From: an uncultured delta proteobacterium | Lineage (GTDB): Bacteria; Myxococcota_A; UBA9160 | DNA: 64,000 nt | Direction: 5' to 3' | Assembly: GCA_963773895.1 (NCBI GenBank) | Contig: CAVZDA010000009.1 | Location: 2,814,933-2,878,932, forward strand | Shown: in pieces, positions 37,462 through 47,206 of the stretch | Position numbering within the stretch: position 1 is the stretch's first letter | How the letters are laid out: the number at the start of each line of letters is the position of its first letter | The notes under the pieces: generated by a model | What the model was told of the DNA's origin: nothing | The model's input: the letters and a program-made list of their open reading frames with translations, nothing else | Database searches by the model: none | Program-made: the position numbers and the translations under genes

Positions 37462-38988
37462 TCAGCCGGTGAACGCCAGCCAGCGCCGGAACAGCGCCTT
37501 CACGAGCGGCGTGAGCCGCGTGCGGTTGTACTGGTCGCCGAGCTGGCGGATCGCCTCGGCCTGCGTGGGATACGGATGGATCACGTTCGCGAGGGCGCCC
37601 AGGCCGAGCTTCCCCGCCATCGCAACGCTCACCTCGGAGATCAGGTCGCCCGCGTGCCGCGCGACGATCGTCGCCCCCACGATCTGGTCGCTCCCCTTGC
37701 GCACCAGGAGCTTCACGAAGCCCTCCTCCTCGCCGTCGAGCAGCGCGCGGTCCACGTCGGCCAGCGGCCGCACGAAGCTCGCGACCTCGATCCCCCTCGC
37801 CTGCGCCTCGCGCTCGTAGAGCCCGACGTGGGCGATCTCCGGCTCGGTGTAGGTACACCACGGCATGGTCAGGCTCGAGAGGCTGGCGCGGCCGAGGGGG
37901 AAGAGCGCGTTCCGGATCACGATCCGCGCCGCGAAGTCGGCGGCGTGGGTGAACTTCCAGTCCATGCAGACGTCCCCCGCGGCGAAGATCGCCGGGTTGG
38001 TCGTCCGCAGGTGGTCATCCACGCGCACCCCGCGGCGGGCGTCGTGCGCGACGCCCGCCGCCTCGAGCCCGAGCCCGTCCACGTTCGGGATGCGGCCGGC
38101 GCCGACCAGGATCTCGTCGACCACGCACTCGCCGCCGCCCTCCGCGGCGGCGTAGGCGAGGCTCTTCTCGTCGCCCTTCCGCGCGACGCGCGAGAGCTGC
38201 GCGTTCAGCACGAGGCGGACGCCATCCCGCACGAGCGCGCGCTGCACGATCTCGGCCGCGTCGGCGTCCTCGCGGTCGAGGAGGTGGCCCCGGTCGTGGA
38301 ACAGCGTCACCTGCGAGCCGAGGCGCTGGAACGCCTGCGCGAGCTCGCAGCCGATCGGCCCTCCGCCGATCACCGCGAGGCGTCCCGGCCGCTCCGTGAG
38401 CGAGAACACCGTTTCGTTGGTCAGGAAGCCGGCCTCGGCGAGACCGGGCAGGGACGGATGCGCCGCGCGCGCGCCGGTCGCGATCACCGCGCGTCTGAAG
38501 CGCAGCTTCGCCCCGTCCACCTCGGCCGTGTCGCCCGAGAGGAAGCGCGCGTCGCCGAGGAAGACGTCGACCCCCAGCTCCTTCGTGAAGCGCTCGGCCG
38601 AGTCGTGCGGACTGATGTGCGCGCGGATCGCACGCATGCGCTCCATGGCGCGACCGAAGTCGATCGTCACGCCGGGCGGCACGCGGACGCCCAGTTCGCC
38701 CGCGTCCCGCACCTCCGCGGCCGTGCGCGCCGCGCGCAGCACGGCCTTCGACGGCACGCAGCCGACGTTCAGGCAGTCGCCTCCGAGGAAGGCGCGCTCG
38801 ACGAGGGCGACCCGCGCGCCGAGCCCCGCGGCGCCCGCGGCCGTGACGAGGCCCGCAGTGCCCGCGCCGATGACGACGAGGTGGTAGCGGGTCGCGGGCG
38901 TCGGGTTGCGCCAGTCGGGCGGCGCGACGTTCTCGAGCAGCTTGCGGTTGTGGCCGTCGAGCGGCTCGAGCGACGGGGCGTGTCGCAT
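37462..38988 (-). CDS. FAD-dependent pyridine nucleotide-disulfide oxidoreductase (dihydrolipoamide dehydrogenase / mercuric reductase family)
   Basis: VVIGAGTAGLVTA marks the FAD-binding fold. The redox-active GGDCLNVGCVPSK is present. A second GxGxxG (VIGGGPIGCELA) and a C-terminal dimerisation HPYPT motif follow. An ATG follows a GAGGAG RBS. Confidence 0.8.
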   Translation of the reverse strand: MRHAPSLEPLDGHNRKLLENVAPPDWRNPTPATRYHLVVIGAGTAGLVTAAGAAGLGARVALVERAFLGGDCLNVGCVPSKAVLRAARTAAEVRDAGELGVRVPPGVTIDFGRAMERMRAIRAHISPHDSAERFTKELGVDVFLGDARFLSGDTAEVDGAKLRFRRAVIATGARAAHPSLPGLAEAGFLTNETVFSLTERPGRLAVIGGGPIGCELAQAFQRLGSQVTLFHDRGHLLDREDADAAEIVQRALVRDGVRLVLNAQLSRVARKGDEKSLAYAAAEGGGECVVDEILVGAGRIPNVDGLGLEAAGVAHDARRGVRVDDHLRTTNPAIFAAGDVCMDWKFTHAADFAARIVIRNALFPLGRASLSSLTMPWCTYTEPEIAHVGLYEREAQARGIEVASFVRPLADVDRALLDGEEEGFVKLLVRKGSDQIVGATIVARHAGDLISEVSVAMAGKLGLGALANVIHPYPTQAEAIRQLGDQYNRTRLTPLVKALFRRWLAFTG

Positions 38989-39043
38989 GCGTCTCCTCGG
39001 CGGGGGCACCCGCCCTCGATTCGATGCCGCCGCGCGGCGCAGG

Positions 39044-41776
39044 TCACCGCCCGGGCAGGGAGCAGGTGCCCGTGCGGGCGTGCGCGGCGTCCTCGAGGCA
39101 GCGCACGACGAGCGCGGTCCAGCCGGTCTGGTGGTTCGCACCGAGACCGCGGCCCTCGTCGCCGTGGAAGTACTCGTGGAAGAGGTGCAGACCCTGCCAG
39201 CGCGGATCGTCGCGGAAGCGCCAGCCCGCGCCCCGATACGGCTGGACGCCGGCGGCGTCCGGCAGGAAGATCGACGAGAGCCGCCGCGCGAGCTCGTGCG
39301 CGACCTCGCCGAGGTTCCGCAGCGTGCCCGATCCGACCGGACACTCGACGCGGAAGTCGTCCCCGTAGAAGTGGTGGTAGCGCTCCAGCGCCTCGATCAG
39401 GAGGTAGTTGAGCGGGAACCACACGGGTCCGCGCCAATTCGAGTTCCCGCCGAAGGACGCGGTACGGGACTCCGCCGGCGCGTAGTCGATGCGGAACTCC
39501 TGTCCGCGCGCCCGGAAGACGTACGGCTGCGTCACGTGCACGCGCGAGAGCGACCGGATGCCGTGGGGCGAGAGGAACTCCTCGGGGTCGAGCAGGTAGC
39601 GCAGCATCCGCGTCAGGCGCTCGCGCGTGGGGATCGCGAGCAGGCGGTGCGGTACGCCGTTGCCGTCCTCGTCCTTCGTCTCGAGATAGGAGAGCGTGCG
39701 TGCGAGGTCCTTCCGGTTCTCGAGGAACCACTCCATGCGCTTCCGGAAGCCGGGCAGGGCGTCGAGCACCGTGTCCTCGAGCACGGAGACGGCGATCAGC
39801 GGGACGATCCCCACGAGCGAGCGCACGCGCAGCTGCACCGGCGCCCCGCCGTCCACCACGAGGTGGTCGTAGTAGAACCCGTCCTCCTCGTTCCACAGGC
39901 CGGTGCCGCCGAGGTGGTTCATCGCGTCGCAGATCCCGATGAAGTGCTCGAAGAATTTCGAGGCGAGGTCCTCGCAGGCCGGATCCTCCTTCGAGAGCTC
40001 GATCGCCATCGCGAGCATCGTGATGCAGTAGAAGGCCATCCACGCCGTTCCGTCGGCCTGCTCGAGCACGACGCCGGAGAGGACCGGCTGGGAGCGGTCG
40101 AACACGCCGATGTTGTCGAGACCGAGGAAGCCGCCGGCGAAGAGGCCCTTGCCGCGCGGGTCCTTGCGGTTCACCCACCACGTGAAGCTCAGGAGGTGCT
40201 TCTGGAAGCAGCGCGAGAGGAACACGCGGTCCCGCTTCCCGCGCTCTCCCGTGAGCTTGTACACGCGCCACGCCGCCCACGCGCCCACGGGAGGGTTCAC
40301 GTCGTCGAACGAGAACTCGTACGCCGGAAGCTGACCCTTCGGGTGCATGTACCACTCGCGCAGGAAGAGCACGAGCTGCTCCTTCGCGAACTCAGGGTCG
40401 ATCCGCGCGAAGGGGATCATGTGGAAGGCATGGTCCCACGCCGCGTACCATGGGTACTCCCACTTGTCGGGCATCGAGATCACGTCGCGGTTGTAGAGGT
40501 GCTCCCAGTCCGTGTTGCGCACCAGGCGGCGCTCGGGCGGCGGCTGCGGCTGCGACGGGTCGCCGTCGAGCCAGGCCTTCACGTCGTAGTGGTAGAACTG
40601 CTTCGTCCACAGGAGTCCCGCGTACGCCTGACGCGTCACCGCGCGCTCCGCCGGATCGAGCTCGATCGCGATGCGGGCGTCGTAGAACGCGTCTGCTTCC
40701 CGGATCCGGCGCTCGAAGATCGCGTCGAACTCGGGGCCGAACGGACGGAGCGGCGACTGGGAGGCGGCGTGGAGCCGGAGCTTCACCACCTCTCGGGCTC
40801 CCGGTGCGAGCGCGAGCGTGTAGTGCGCCGCCGCCTTCGTGCCGACCGGCTCCGGGCTCACCGCGTCCGCGCGTCCGCCGACGACGCGCTCGTGGAAGGC
40901 GTCCTTCACGAACGGGCTCGCGTTCGGGAACTGGAAGAGCCGTGCCGCGTTCGTCTCGTTCTCCGTGAAGTAGAGCGGCGGGGGCGCGCCGGCGGCGGGC
41001 GGATGCAGCTCGAGCCGGTACGCGCCGAGCGACGTGTGCTCCGCGAGGATCGTCTGGTCCCGCACGCGCGAGAGGCGGGGCTTCGGCCAGTAGCCCTCGC
41101 CGGCGCGTCCCCACGACCACGTGTTGCGGAACCAGAGCGTCGGCAGGAGATGGAGCGTCTCGGGCGTGGGCCCCTGGTTCGTCACCGTGATCCGGATCGC
41201 GAGGTCGTCGGTGTCGTCCTTCGCGTACTCGACCAGCACGTCGAAGAACCGGCCGTCGTCCAGCAGGCCGGTGTCCTCGAGCTCGAACTCCGGGTCGTCC
41301 CGTGTGCGGCTGCGGTTCTCCTCCGCCAGCCGCGCGTACGGGAACTCCGCCGTCGGGTAGCGGTAGAGCCCCTTGAGATAGGAGTGGGTCGGCGTCGCGT
41401 CGAGATAGAACCAACACTCCTTCGCGTCTTCGCCGTGGTTGCCCTCCCCGTTGGTGAGACCGAAGAGGCGTTCCTTCAGGATCGGATCCCGTCCGTTCCA
41501 GAGCGCGATCGAGAAGCAGAGGCGCCCCTCGCGGTCGCAGATGCCGAGGAGGCCGTCCTCGCCCCAGCGGTACGCGCGGCTGCGCGCGTGGTCGTGGGGG
41601 AAGTACTCCCAGGCCGTGCCGCCCGGCGAGTAGTCCTCGCGGACCGTTCCCCACTGACGCTCGGAGAGGTAGGGACCCCAGCGCTTCCAGTTCCTGGTGC
41701 GCCGGGCGTCCTCGCGCAGTCGCAGGGACTCCGGGTCGCTCTCCCTCGGCAAGTACACCCCGCTTTCGCGGGCCAT
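39044..41776 (-). CDS. Glycoside hydrolase family 63-like enzyme (MGH/GgH-like glucosidase)
   Basis: The N-terminus RNWKRWGPYLSERQWGTVREDYS...HDHARSRAYRWGEDGLLG is typical of bacterial GH63. The C-terminal region is an (alpha/alpha)6 barrel. The product is 910 aa. Confidence 0.7.
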   Translation of the reverse strand: MARESGVYLPRESDPESLRLREDARRTRNWKRWGPYLSERQWGTVREDYSPGGTAWEYFPHDHARSRAYRWGEDGLLGICDREGRLCFSIALWNGRDPILKERLFGLTNGEGNHGEDAKECWFYLDATPTHSYLKGLYRYPTAEFPYARLAEENRSRTRDDPEFELEDTGLLDDGRFFDVLVEYAKDDTDDLAIRITVTNQGPTPETLHLLPTLWFRNTWSWGRAGEGYWPKPRLSRVRDQTILAEHTSLGAYRLELHPPAAGAPPPLYFTENETNAARLFQFPNASPFVKDAFHERVVGGRADAVSPEPVGTKAAAHYTLALAPGAREVVKLRLHAASQSPLRPFGPEFDAIFERRIREADAFYDARIAIELDPAERAVTRQAYAGLLWTKQFYHYDVKAWLDGDPSQPQPPPERRLVRNTDWEHLYNRDVISMPDKWEYPWYAAWDHAFHMIPFARIDPEFAKEQLVLFLREWYMHPKGQLPAYEFSFDDVNPPVGAWAAWRVYKLTGERGKRDRVFLSRCFQKHLLSFTWWVNRKDPRGKGLFAGGFLGLDNIGVFDRSQPVLSGVVLEQADGTAWMAFYCITMLAMAIELSKEDPACEDLASKFFEHFIGICDAMNHLGGTGLWNEEDGFYYDHLVVDGGAPVQLRVRSLVGIVPLIAVSVLEDTVLDALPGFRKRMEWFLENRKDLARTLSYLETKDEDGNGVPHRLLAIPTRERLTRMLRYLLDPEEFLSPHGIRSLSRVHVTQPYVFRARGQEFRIDYAPAESRTASFGGNSNWRGPVWFPLNYLLIEALERYHHFYGDDFRVECPVGSGTLRNLGEVAHELARRLSSIFLPDAAGVQPYRGAGWRFRDDPRWQGLHLFHEYFHGDEGRGLGANHQTGWTALVVRCLEDAAHARTGTCSLPGR

Positions 41777-41777
41777 C

Positions 41778-43718
41778 CTACGCGGCGCCGGCAGGCTCCG
41801 CGAGCACGACGTGGACGAGGCGCAGCAGCTCGCCCACGGACCAGGCCTGGAACGGGCAGCCGCCCGGCTCCTGCGGCAGGTCGCCGTCTGCGACCTCGGA
41901 CACGTGGCCGAGGCCCGCATCGTCGAGATGCGCCGTGAGCGGCGCGACGAACCGTTCGCGCGCCTCGCGCCTCGCGTCGCTCCCCCCGCCGTGGACGCGC
42001 ACCCACGCCTCGACGAACGGCCCGAGCAGCCACGGCCACGCCGTGCCCTGGTGGTAGGCCTCGTCGCGTTCGCGCGGTCCGCCGCGATAGCGCCCGCGGT
42101 AGCCGGGCCCGTCGGGAGCGAGGCTGCGCAGGCCGAGAGGCGTCCACAGCCGGCCTTCGACGACGTCCACCACGCGCCGCGCGCGCGCGGCTTCGAGCAC
42201 CGGGAAGGGGAGGCCGCCCACCGCGAGGATCTGGTTCGGGCGGAGCGTCCCGTCGGCGGCTCCGGCCCGATGATCCGGGTCGACGACGTCGTGGAGACAG
42301 CCGCGCTGCTCGTTCCAGAAGCGCGCCGCGAAGGAGGCCTGTGCGCGCTCCTTCAGCTCGCGCCAGCGCGGATCGAGCGTGCTGCCGATCGCGAGCGCGT
42401 TGATCCACAGCGCCTGCACCTCGACCGGCTTGCCGATCCGCGGGGTCACCACGTGGTCACCGATCTTCGCGTCCATCCAGGTGAGCTGGACGCCCGGCTC
42501 TCCCGCGGCGAGCAGCCCGTCCGCGTCGCCGCGGATGCCGTGCCGCGTGCCCTTGGCGTAGCCCTCGAGGATCGCGAGCACCGCGGCCTCGAGCCGGGAG
42601 CGGTCGCGTGCGGAGATGCGCCGGCGCGCGGCAGCGAGGGCGGCGAGCGTCTCGTGCACCGCGACGACGTACCAGAGCGACGCATCCACGGCGTTGAACT
42701 CGGGCGTGCTCCCCGCGTCGGCGAACCGGTTCGGGAGCATGCCCTCGGAGACGGCGCCCGACCATTCGAGGAGGATGTCCTTCGCGGCGTCGATGCGCCC
42801 GGTCGCGAGACAGAGTCCGCGCAGGGCGATGAAGGCGTCACGGCCCCAGTCGGTGAACCACGGGTAGCCGGCGATGATCGTCGTGCCCGCGCCGCGCTTC
42901 GCGAGGTAGGCGTCGGCGGCCCGGTGCAGCGGCGTCGCGAAGCGCGCCCTTCGCCGCCGCTCGGACGCCCGCAGCAGCTCGGCCGCCTCGCGTGCGCCGG
43001 CGGCCGCGCCGAGGACGGCGGCCTCGTGGCCCTCCGTCGCGAGCACGAGCACCGCGGGACCCGATGCGAGGTCGAACCGGAAGACGCCCGGTGACGCGAG
43101 GTCCTCGCTGCAGTCGAGGCCGCGGTCACGCTCCGCGGTGTAGAGGAAGTTCCGCCACCAGTCCGGCGCGTGCTCGTAGCCGCCGCTCGCGCACGCCACC
43201 ACGCCGGGCACGCCGGGGTACGGGCGGAACACGAGGCGGCCGTCGTTCCGGTGGGGCTCGAACCGGAAGGCCGGATTCTCGTGGTGCGTCGAGTGGTAGT
43301 CACGCCCCGAGAGGAAGGGGCGCACGCGCAGGACGCCGGCCCTGCCGGCCACGCGGCGCCACACCAGGACGACGGCGGACGCCCCGTGCGGAACGAAGAG
43401 CTCGTGCTCGATGCGCGTGCCCTCGGGAAGGGCGAAGGTCCAGTGCGGCCAGGGCTCGGAGTCGAACGCGGCGATGTGGCCCGCGCCGTCGGGGGCGATC
43501 ACGTCGCCGCCGTAGCGCTGGGACGAGAGCGCGTGGCTGCCGCCTGGACCGTCGACGAACGCGTCGAGCCCGTTGACGAGCACCATCCGGCCGGCGGGCG
43601 GCTGCGTCGCCGCGAGGAGCAGCGCGTGATAGCGCCGCGTGCGCAGACCCGATGCCGTGGCAGAGGCGAAGCCGCCGAGCCCGTCGGTCTCGATCCACTC
43701 GCGGCGGTCGTCAGGCAC
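41778..43718 (-). CDS. Glycogen-debranching-enzyme-like protein (GDE_N_bis + amylo-alpha-1,6-glucosidase GDE_C)
   Basis: The GTG start overlaps the last codons of the DedA gene. The N-terminus REWIETDGLGGFASATASG and the segment GYPWFTDWGRDAFIAL match the GDE family. Confidence 0.7.
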   Translation of the reverse strand: MPDDRREWIETDGLGGFASATASGLRTRRYHALLLAATQPPAGRMVLVNGLDAFVDGPGGSHALSSQRYGGDVIAPDGAGHIAAFDSEPWPHWTFALPEGTRIEHELFVPHGASAVVLVWRRVAGRAGVLRVRPFLSGRDYHSTHHENPAFRFEPHRNDGRLVFRPYPGVPGVVACASGGYEHAPDWWRNFLYTAERDRGLDCSEDLASPGVFRFDLASGPAVLVLATEGHEAAVLGAAAGAREAAELLRASERRRRARFATPLHRAADAYLAKRGAGTTIIAGYPWFTDWGRDAFIALRGLCLATGRIDAAKDILLEWSGAVSEGMLPNRFADAGSTPEFNAVDASLWYVVAVHETLAALAAARRRISARDRSRLEAAVLAILEGYAKGTRHGIRGDADGLLAAGEPGVQLTWMDAKIGDHVVTPRIGKPVEVQALWINALAIGSTLDPRWRELKERAQASFAARFWNEQRGCLHDVVDPDHRAGAADGTLRPNQILAVGGLPFPVLEAARARRVVDVVEGRLWTPLGLRSLAPDGPGYRGRYRGGPRERDEAYHQGTAWPWLLGPFVEAWVRVHGGGSDARREARERFVAPLTAHLDDAGLGHVSEVADGDLPQEPGGCPFQAWSVGELLRLVHVVLAEPAGAA

Positions 43719-44451
43719 GTTCGCCCGTGGCTTCGGCCAGCGCGCGCCGCGCGAGGCGCGTGACGAGCGTCGTGACGACGATCGTGGCGACGAGCCCGAG
43801 CCCGAGCAGCGCCCAGTCGGCGACCCCCTTCTCGCGCCCCGCGCCGCCGGCGACGGCCGCGGCGAGGCCGAGCACCTGCCCGTAGTAGACGTACAGGAAC
43901 GTGCCGGGGAGCATGCCCGCCGACGCCACGAGGTAGTCGCCGAAGCGCACCCGCGTGAGCCCGAGCGCATAGTTGAGCAGGGTGAACGGGAACGCGGGCG
44001 AGAGCCGGAGCAGGAACACGATCCTGCGTCCCTGCTCCTCGACCGCGCGGTCGATCGCGGCGAAGCGCGGGTTGCCGGCGATCCGGCGCTCGACGGCGCC
44101 GCGCGCGAGGTAGCGCGCGACGAGGAAGGCCAGCCCGGCGCCGAGCGTGGCGGCGAGGAGCACGAGCGCGACGCCCTTCCACAGGCCGAAGATGGCGCCC
44201 GCGCCGAGCGTCAGGATGGAGGCGGGCACGAAGGCCACGACGGCGAGCGCGTAACCCACCACGAAGACGACCGGGCCGAGGGGGCCGAGCGATCCGACCC
44301 AGGCCGCGAACCGCGGGACCTGGCCGCCCGCGGCCCGGCCCAGCAGGACGAGCAGCGCGAGCGCGACCGCAGCGACTCCGATGCGGGCCCAGGAGACGCC
44401 GCGGCTCTCGGGCGCGGGAGCGGACGTCATGTGGAGCTCCCCCTGGGCCAT
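43711..44451 (-). CDS. DedA/TVP38-family membrane protein
   Basis: Polytopic TM helices are present with the DedA core (FLLRLSPAFPFTLLNYALGLTRV). Confidence 0.8.
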   Translation of the reverse strand: MAQGELHMTSAPAPESRGVSWARIGVAAVALALLVLLGRAAGGQVPRFAAWVGSLGPLGPVVFVVGYALAVVAFVPASILTLGAGAIFGLWKGVALVLLAATLGAGLAFLVARYLARGAVERRIAGNPRFAAIDRAVEEQGRRIVFLLRLSPAFPFTLLNYALGLTRVRFGDYLVASAGMLPGTFLYVYYGQVLGLAAAVAGGAGREKGVADWALLGLGLVATIVVTTLVTRLARRALAEATGERA

Positions 44452-44605
44452 CGCTCGCTCCCGTCTCGTTCCGTCGTCACGAGATGGATGCCGCGGACGG
44501 CCTCTGGTGACGCGAGTCTACGCGACCCACGACGTTTCCGAGCGCGTGTGCGATCTTCGCGGGGCTCCGCGCCGCTCCCACCGCAGATGCGAAGGAGGAT
44601 CCCCG

Positions 44606-45418
44606 ATGGCCGAGCCCAGCCTGTCGTCCAGCCCCGGTCCGCGCCGCCGCGCGCTCGTGACCGGCGCGTCCTCCGGCATCGGCGAGGCGTTCGCCGAGCG
44701 GCTGGCGCGCGACCAGTACGACCTGATCCTCGTCGCGCGGACGCGCGAGCGGCTCGACGCGGTCGCGAAGCGCCTCGTCGAGAGCCGCGGCATCGGCGTC
44801 GAGGTGCACCCGGCGGACCTCGGCAGGGCCGAAGAGCTGCGCACCGTCGAGGAGCGGCTCGCGTCGGACCCCACCCTCGATCTGCTCGTGAACAACGCCG
44901 GCTTCGGCAACTACGGCACGGTCGCGGAGATCGACCCGGACCGGCTCGAGGCCGAGATCCTGCTGAACGTCGTCGCGCTGGTGCGTCTCACGCGCGCGGC
45001 GCTGCCCCCGATGATCCAGCGCGCCTCGGGCGCGATCATCAACGTGTCGTCGATGGCCGGGCTCCAGCCGACGCCGTTCAACGCGAACTACGGCGCCACC
45101 AAGTCCTTCGTCAACAGCTTCACCGAGGCGATCCACGAGGAGGTGCGGGGGACGGGCGTGCGGATGCAGGTGCTCCAGCCGGGCTTCACCCGCACCGAGT
45201 TCCAGGCGCGCGCGGGCATGGAGACGTCCGCCATCCCGGACGCCGCCTGGATGGACGCGGGAGAGGTCGTGGAGGCGTCGCTGGCCGCCCTGGCCCGCGG
45301 CGATCTCGTGTGCGTGCCGGGCGGGGTGAACAAGGCCGTGGCGGCGTTCGCGTCCGCGCTGCCGCGCGCGCTCATGCGGCGCGTCACCGGCGCGGCGGCG
45401 CGTCGCTTCGGTCACTGA
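44606..45418 (+). CDS. Short-chain dehydrogenase/reductase (SDR)
   Basis: TGASSGIG, NNAG and the catalytic YGATK are all present. Confidence 0.85.
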   Translation: MAEPSLSSSPGPRRRALVTGASSGIGEAFAERLARDQYDLILVARTRERLDAVAKRLVESRGIGVEVHPADLGRAEELRTVEERLASDPTLDLLVNNAGFGNYGTVAEIDPDRLEAEILLNVVALVRLTRAALPPMIQRASGAIINVSSMAGLQPTPFNANYGATKSFVNSFTEAIHEEVRGTGVRMQVLQPGFTRTEFQARAGMETSAIPDAAWMDAGEVVEASLAALARGDLVCVPGGVNKAVAAFASALPRALMRRVTGAAARRFGH

Positions 45419-46286
45419 GGCCTCCGGCGAGCCGGACCAGGAGACCCGCCGCGAGCCACGCTTCCAGGAAGGCGGCCGCGCACGGGGCCGCCTCCGCGTC
45501 GCCCACGCTTCCGGCGATCCGCTCGCACAACGCGCCGAAGGGCTCGCCCCGCTGAACCGCAGCGAGCGCGTCGGCCTCGAGGGCCGAGATCGCGCGGTAG
45601 CGCACGCGCTCCTCGTTCCGCCATACACGAATGTGAGTCGATTCCGGCCCGAGGACGGGCGGACCGGCCCAGACGGCGTCGTCCTCATCGCCGTCGTAGC
45701 GCTCGCGGACCGCGTGCACCGGCCAGGCGAGGCCGAGGAGCGAGAGCGACGGCGTCGCCTCGAAGCGGAGCTCGCCCCAGGCATCATGAGGCACGGCCGC
45801 GAGCGTCTCGCGCTCGAGCACCGGAGCGTCCGCGGCGTCGAACGCTTCGAGGACCGCCCACTCGAGGCGCGCGAGGTCGGCCGCGTAGGCGCAGCGGCGG
45901 CCGAAGATCGAGGCGAAGGGAGCGGTGTCCAGGTGCTCCGCGAGCCGGGCGCCCGCGTGGCGCAGGGAGGGCCGCGTCGGCGGGTGCGCCATCAGGTACG
46001 TCTTCACGAGATCGTGGAATGCGTCGGGTCCGAGCGCGCGCGCGAGGGCGCCGAAGTCGTCTCGCAGGCAATCGTGGATCCGCACGAAGTACGCGTTCGC
46101 GTAGACGGCGACGCGCTCCCCGGGCGCGAGCCCGCGATCGCCGCGCAGCAGCGTCGCGAGCGCCGCGCCGGAGGCGTCGCCCTCGGCCGCGAGCGCGGCC
46201 TGCACGCCTTCAGGCCCGGTGATCAGCCGCCAGAGCCGGCGCTGCACCGCGCCCAGCGAGCCGGGCTCCGCCGTCGCTTCCTTCAC
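45384..46286 (-). CDS. DUF2063-family protein (MbnC/BufC-like partner of the DUF692 enzyme)
   Basis: It lies downstream of, and overlapping, the DUF692 gene. The N-terminal LQRRLWRLI helix is conserved in DUF2063. The start (ATG 46286, with GTG 46247 or 46205 possible) overlaps the upstream gene. Confidence 0.6.
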   Translation of the reverse strand: MKEATAEPGSLGAVQRRLWRLITGPEGVQAALAAEGDASGAALATLLRGDRGLAPGERVAVYANAYFVRIHDCLRDDFGALARALGPDAFHDLVKTYLMAHPPTRPSLRHAGARLAEHLDTAPFASIFGRRCAYAADLARLEWAVLEAFDAADAPVLERETLAAVPHDAWGELRFEATPSLSLLGLAWPVHAVRERYDGDEDDAVWAGPPVLGPESTHIRVWRNEERVRYRAISALEADALAAVQRGEPFGALCERIAGSVGDAEAAPCAAAFLEAWLAAGLLVRLAGGLSDRSDAPPRR

Positions 46287-47157
46287 GCGTCTCCTCCGCC
46301 GTCACCCGCCGCAGGATCTCCCGCGCGCGCGCGGCCTCCGCCACCAGCGTCTCGAGCTCGGGGATCTCGTCGTCCCACTCGATCAGCGTCGAGACCGGCC
46401 CGAGCCGAAGGATCGTCGCCTCGTAGAGCGACCACACTTCGTCGCGTACGGGATGGTCGTGGGTGTCGATGAGGAGCGGGCCCTCCTGGCGGTGGCCCGC
46501 GAGATGGATCTGGAACACGCGATCGCCCGGGATCGCTCCGAGGTAGCGCAGCGGGTCGAAGCCGTGGTTGTGCGCGCTGACGAAGACGTTGTTCACGTCG
46601 AGGAGGATCCCGCAGTCCGCGGCCTCGGCAACGCGCGTCAGGAACTCCCACTCCGGCATCGCGTCCGCCCGATAGGCGAAGTAGGAGGACACGTTCTCGA
46701 GCGCGATGCGCCGGCCGAGCCGGTCCTGCACCTCGCGCACGCGTACGGCGACGTGGCGGAGCGCCGCTTCGGTGTAGGGGAGCGGCACGAGGTCGTGCAG
46801 GTTCCGGCCGGCGATGCCGGTCCAGCACAGATGGTCCGAAAGCCAGGCCGGCTCGAAGCGCCCTGCGAGCGCGGCGAGGTCGCCGAGATAGAGTCCGTCG
46901 AGCGGATCGTCCGAGCCCACGTTGAGCGACACGCCGTGCAGCACGAGCGGGAAGCGCGCACGCACCTCCGCGAGCACGCGCGGGGGCCGGCCTCCCGGCA
47001 CCAGAAAGTTCTCGGAGATCGCCTCGAAGAAGTCGACGCCGAGCTCCCCGGCCTCCGACTCGAGGATCCGGGGATAGTGCTTCGGGCGCAGGCCCACCCC
47101 GACGCCCAGGAAGGGCGCGTCGCCCGGACGCGCTCGCGTTGAAGTCGGAGCCTGCAT
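46210..47157 (-). CDS. DUF692/UPF0276-family TIM-barrel protein (MbnB/BufB-like RiPP-modifying enzyme)
   Basis: LGVGVGLRPKHY, FFEAISENF, HGVSLNVGS and a HLAGH-type metal-binding motif are present, typical of MbnB-like di/tri-iron enzymes. Confidence 0.75.
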   Translation of the reverse strand: MQAPTSTRARPGDAPFLGVGVGLRPKHYPRILESEAGELGVDFFEAISENFLVPGGRPPRVLAEVRARFPLVLHGVSLNVGSDDPLDGLYLGDLAALAGRFEPAWLSDHLCWTGIAGRNLHDLVPLPYTEAALRHVAVRVREVQDRLGRRIALENVSSYFAYRADAMPEWEFLTRVAEAADCGILLDVNNVFVSAHNHGFDPLRYLGAIPGDRVFQIHLAGHRQEGPLLIDTHDHPVRDEVWSLYEATILRLGPVSTLIEWDDEIPELETLVAEAARAREILRRVTAEETREGSDGGARLAGRGAAPALAADHRA

Positions 47158-47206
47158 TGCGCGACGCGGTGTGGGCGGGCCGCGGGACGCGGCCCGCCCG
47201 CGTCCG

